From Bdellovibrionota bacterium (lineage in GTDB: Bacteria; Bdellovibrionota_C; UBA2361; JBIKUX01): a DNA stretch of 64,000 nucleotides. Of the stretch, positions 60,325-64,000 are shown in pieces. The DNA lies in NCBI GenBank assembly GCA_044347345.1, contig JBIKUX010000006.1, forward strand, positions 32,001-96,000, given 5' to 3'. A program made the translations under genes and the position numbers. Below the pieces are notes generated by a model. It did not search any database, was not told where the DNA came from, and saw nothing but the letters and a program-made list of their open reading frames with translations. Each line of letters begins with the position of its first letter. Within the stretch, counting starts at the first letter, position 1.

Positions 60325-61278
60325 TTAGACTACTCCGAATTCTCTAAACCACTCAGCGGCGCATATTGCTGTAGCGGTTGCTACGTTCAGGCTTTCAATT
60401 TTCCCAGACCCCGGTATTCTGACCCTCGTCTCTAGCCGTTCTAGAATTTGTGGGGGTAATCCATCGGCCTCAGAGCCTATGGCTAAAACAGTTCGAGCAC
60501 TGAACGAGACAGTAAAGAGGTCTAATTCAGCATCTGGTACCGTTGCTACTAAAGCAAAACCACATTTCTGAAATGCTGAGATGGCAGAAATTGGATCTGG
60601 AACATAAACTAGTTCCACATATTCAGCCCCTCCTTCCGCCACCCGTAAAGCTGAAGGAGCAACGGCATGGGATGAATGAGTAAGGCATACTGCTTGAACA
60701 CCAAAATGAGCTGCCGCACGAATTACAGCACCAATGTTATGGGGATTATCCACGCCTACTAAAAAAAGCACTAAAATTCGGTCACGAATTATTCGAAGTT
60801 TTATCCATTCGTCAAACGACCATACTTTAGGGGCAGAGGTAAAAAAACAAACTCCCTCATGGTGGTATGATTTGGTAAGGCGTTCAAGCTCCTCACTGTC
60901 AACTACTTTAAAGGGTATATTATGTAGTCGACAGTATTCTGATGTGCTTTTGAATCGAGAAAGAAGATTGCGCTGGAGAAAAACTCGATTTAAGGCTTGC
61001 GGACGAATGTGTGCCGCAGCTTCACACGCACGAATACCGTAGATTAACGAATGATTTAGCGAATCTGCCAGCGAGCCTGATGAACCCGAACCACGATTAT
61101 AAGTACGAGCACGAGAACCAGCACTTGGTTTACGGTTTAGTAAATCGTTATTCTTGCGCCCCTTAGTGGGTCTATAACTTCTTGGCTCTGACTGGGTAGG
61201 AGCGCGCGGTGGCCGACGAGCCATTTTTTTTGATGAATCTATTACCACCCTTAGAGCTCCTTGAACTTTAGCTGCCAC
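60325..61278 (-). CDS. TrmH/SpoU-family RNA 2'-O-methyltransferase
   Basis: NPHNIGAVIRAAAHFG, IGSEADGL, IESLNVATA; basic N-terminal extension. Confidence 0.92.
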   Translation of the reverse strand: MAAKVQGALRVVIDSSKKMARRPPRAPTQSEPRSYRPTKGRKNNDLLNRKPSAGSRARTYNRGSGSSGSLADSLNHSLIYGIRACEAAAHIRPQALNRVFLQRNLLSRFKSTSEYCRLHNIPFKVVDSEELERLTKSYHHEGVCFFTSAPKVWSFDEWIKLRIIRDRILVLFLVGVDNPHNIGAVIRAAAHFGVQAVCLTHSSHAVAPSALRVAEGGAEYVELVYVPDPISAISAFQKCGFALVATVPDAELDLFTVSFSARTVLAIGSEADGLPPQILERLETRVRIPGSGKIESLNVATATAICAAEWFREFGVV

Positions 61279-61292
61279 CGCCTACTTAACTT

Positions 61293-61850
61293 TTATAGAC
61301 GCGCCTTTTGACTTATTTCTATTCTGTTGTACTTACGACGTGGAAATTGCTCAAGAGCTTGCCAGACAAGTGTTCCAGCAATTTCTTGAAAGAAATCTTC
61401 GTCTTTTCCAGATTTATCAGGTAACCGCATCCTTACAAAGTAGAGTATCTGTCCTGAACTGCGATTGCGAGCGGTAAGATTAAAAAAACTTACATTTTTA
61501 TTGTTTGAATTAAAGTTTATAGAATTTGACTGTTCACGAGCGTAAGTAATAACAATTTGTGCCAAAGGCTCTATAGTTTGAACATAGCCTCGCTTTTTGA
61601 GTTCATGTTCAATCGATTGTGCCACTTTGATGTCTGATATTAGCTGTTGCTCTTGGTTGGTAGCACCAAGTAAACCAGTTGCCGGAATACTTACAACTGG
61701 AGTCACTGCAAATGTCCTTGATTTACTGAGTATTTTGAGATTATCTCTTTTAAGTGTCTGATTTGTAATTTGTCCTAAATTAGAAATCCCGCATCCTGCA
61801 ACTAGACAAATTAGTGAATTTAGGAAGATTGTTGTAGTCTTTTTTCGCAT
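61293..61850 (-). CDS. Lipoprotein, DUF4136-like
   Basis: Lipobox VAGC; IEHELKKRGY; ALEQFP. Confidence 0.6.
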   Translation of the reverse strand: MRKKTTTIFLNSLICLVAGCGISNLGQITNQTLKRDNLKILSKSRTFAVTPVVSIPATGLLGATNQEQQLISDIKVAQSIEHELKKRGYVQTIEPLAQIVITYAREQSNSINFNSNNKNVSFFNLTARNRSSGQILYFVRMRLPDKSGKDEDFFQEIAGTLVWQALEQFPRRKYNRIEISQKARL

Positions 61851-62047
61851 ACTGGTAAGATGTTGGTTAGGCTAAAGCGATGTAATTGATTTTTTGGTCG
61901 ATAGCCATACGAAGTATGGTACTGATTTTTGCTTTTTTAGCGTAACTCTTGGCTACTGAATAAAATTTTAGGGTAAGGGTTGCTGGGCAGAAAAGATACT
62001 GCAGAAAAGATAATGCTTGGTAGATACTGCTTGGTAGAAAGGATTCA

Positions 62048-62686
62048 ATGGATATCTTTAATATTTCTTTGAGAAGCTGGGAAGTGTGGCAAATTATCAC
62101 TTTAGGAGTGATAATAGGGGCTTTGCTAAATAAAGCAATCTCGCGCATTAGAGCTGGGTTATTGCAGAAACAAAGGCAAGAAAACCCTTTTGTGAAGAAA
62201 ATTGCAGAACTTGAAGAGAGTTTAAGGGCAGCATCGGCATCAGCATCAGCACAAGCACTGCCTTCACCGCAAGGTTCTCTTGAAACATTGGTTCTTTTAT
62301 CGTTATTTCAAGAAAAAGGACGATTGATTGATTTTATCCAACGAGACATAGCAACATTTTCTGATGAAGAAGTAGGCCGGGTGGCTCGCTTTGTTCATCA
62401 AGGCGTAAATAGTGTTTTTCGTGACTGCATTTCAGTAGAACCCCTTGCCTCACAGCTTGAAGGGGAGTTGGTTGTTTTAGAGAAAGGTTATGATCCAGCA
62501 GTTTTTGCGATCCTGAGAGATCCGTCACCAGGGGAACAATCCTCATCAGATTCAGACGCGCCTCCCTATTCAGGTAAGGTTGTTCATCGTGGTTGGAAGA
62601 TTAAGTCCATAAACATACCAAAATTGATTGCAAATCAAGATGAAGCAGGAGTAGCCGTGATTGCGCCAGTGCTAATTAAGGTTTAG
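62048..62686 (+). CDS. DUF2760-family protein
   Basis: LLSLFQEKGRLIDF, VARFVHQG, PPYSGKVVHRGW, VIAP; directly upstream of an Hsp70 gene. Confidence 0.8.
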   Translation: MDIFNISLRSWEVWQIITLGVIIGALLNKAISRIRAGLLQKQRQENPFVKKIAELEESLRAASASASAQALPSPQGSLETLVLLSLFQEKGRLIDFIQRDIATFSDEEVGRVARFVHQGVNSVFRDCISVEPLASQLEGELVVLEKGYDPAVFAILRDPSPGEQSSSDSDAPPYSGKVVHRGWKIKSINIPKLIANQDEAGVAVIAPVLIKV

Positions 62687-62731
62687 TACAAAAAATTATT
62701 TTCAGTAACAAAAAATAAGTGATTTTTTATT

Positions 62732-64000
62732 ATGACTCAGGAGCATACTTCATCTAGGGATTCCGCATCATTTTTACAATGGATTTTTGGTATTGATCTA
62801 GGCACCTCTCATAGTTCAATTGTAGCAGCTAGGATATTTCAAGACTCAAACAATAATAGAGTGCTGTCAGAGCTTTACCCTATACCTTTGCTTCAGATTA
62901 GAGCGCCACGTCAGATTGAAAAGACAACCTTAATAAGTAGCGCAATATATTTCCCCACTCAAGAAGAGATTAGTAGCTCAATTTTTCCCGATCCGTATGA
63001 AAAGGTTTATCAAGATAATTTTCAGGAAAGTTCAGAATTAGTTGTGGGAGACTACGCTAGAGCTGAGAGAGCATTTCGTCCAGAGCGAGTTATTGTCTCG
63101 GTAAAATCATGGCTTTCTCAGCAGGGTATAGATAATGATACGCAACTACTTCCTGAAAATACTAAAGAAAGTTCAAATATAAAAAAGCTCTCTCCAGTGG
63201 ATGTAACCAGTGCTATATTAGCTTATTTACGCAGGGCAATTCTCAGTTTTTTAGCTGAGCAAGGAGAGAGTGAGCCGGTGCGGAGTCTGAAAGAATCTGT
63301 AGTTGTAATTACAGTGCCAGCATCATTTGACGAAGCCGCAAGAGTTGCCACTACCAGAGCCGCAGAGCAGGCTGGTTTTGGCGCTAACATCCTTCTTCTT
63401 GAAGAGCCGCTCGCTGCAGTGTATGCATGGCTTAACGATCATCGTCTTGATTGGAGAAATAAATTTTCTTCGGGAGATTATCTGTTGGTAGCGGATGTAG
63501 GAGGTGGTACAACTGATTTTTCACTACTTGAGATTCAAGATAATAATGGTATTTTAGGCCTAGAAAGAGTGAGAGTTGGTGACCATATACTTCTGGGTGG
63601 TGATAATATAGATTTAGCGCTGGCTCACCAGGTTCAGCAATCCCTAAGCAATCAGGGAACGGTGCTTGACTCTTGGCAATTTCTCACTCTGCAGCAACTA
63701 ACGAGAGACGCTAAAGAAAAACTTCTTTCTGAAGATGCTCCTGCTGAAATTTCAATTACTATCCCTAGTCAAGGTGCAGATCTCTTTGCTTCATCTGTGT
63801 CATTTAAGCTTCAGCGAGAGAGTGTGCGGCAATTGGTGCTTGAAGGCTTTTTCCCCTTAGTGCCAAGAGATTCAATACCACTGAAGAGAAAAAGAGTAGG
63901 TTTAAGGGAGTCTGGGCTGGCATATGCTTCCGATCCAGCTATCACAAAGCATTTAGCTGCCTTTTTACGGTCTGGTAATAATGAATATTTCCCCAAGATA
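62732..64000 (+). CDS. Non-canonical Hsp70-family protein (partial; not in ORF track)
   Basis: Manual translation from ATG 62732: GIDLGTSHS, VITVPASFDEAAR, LLEEPLAAVYAWL, VADVGGGTTDFSL, HILLGGDNIDLALAH. Confidence 0.9.
   Translation, partial: MTQEHTSSRDSASFLQWIFGIDLGTSHSSIVAARIFQDSNNNRVLSELYPIPLLQIRAPRQIEKTTLISSAIYFPTQEEISSSIFPDPYEKVYQDNFQESSELVVGDYARAERAFRPERVIVSVKSWLSQQGIDNDTQLLPENTKESSNIKKLSPVDVTSAILAYLRRAILSFLAEQGESEPVRSLKESVVVITVPASFDEAARVATTRAAEQAGFGANILLLEEPLAAVYAWLNDHRLDWRNKFSSGDYLLVADVGGGTTDFSLLEIQDNNGILGLERVRVGDHILLGGDNIDLALAHQVQQSLSNQGTVLDSWQFLTLQQLTRDAKEKLLSEDAPAEISITIPSQGADLFASSVSFKLQRESVRQLVLEGFFPLVPRDSIPLKRKRVGLRESGLAYASDPAITKHLAAFLRSGNNEYFPKI

Noticed and set aside
1-64000. 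tRNA, rRNA, prophage or anti-phage defence genes
   Set aside because: No cloverleaf or T-loop signatures, rRNA sequence, phage genes or recognisable defence domains seen by eye

Overview
Gene-dense, AT-rich bacterial chromosome segment, mostly housekeeping genes: bioB, lpxB-msbA-waaA-lpxK, ribE, ppa, a liu leucine-catabolism operon, fadJ, type 2 ileS and a minor-pilin operon. Gene content suggests a deltaproteobacteria-like lineage such as a Bdellovibrionota/Myxococcota relative (inference only). Most notable: (1) a compact, divergent type III secretion-like operon (sigma-28-like factor, SctJ, degenerate SctQ-like, SctI-like, SctV, TPR lipoprotein) transcribed head-to-head with an apparently catalytically dead HemB paralogue; (2) a single-ORF LpxB-MsbA fusion; (3) an acetoacetate-CoA ligase/GT2 fusion whose junction still carries a hidden TAATG stop-start overlap; (4) a ~210-nt rod-shaped RNA with 6S-like features; (5) a RAYT-type HUH transposase flanked by inverted REP-like motifs; (6) an Lpp/OprI-like lipoprotein beside an L,D-transpeptidase; (7) the start of a DUF2760-Hsp70 locus. 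Two real genes at the window edges are missing from the ORF track. I saw no rRNA, tRNA or CRISPR array. All calls come from reading motifs by eye; no searches were run.
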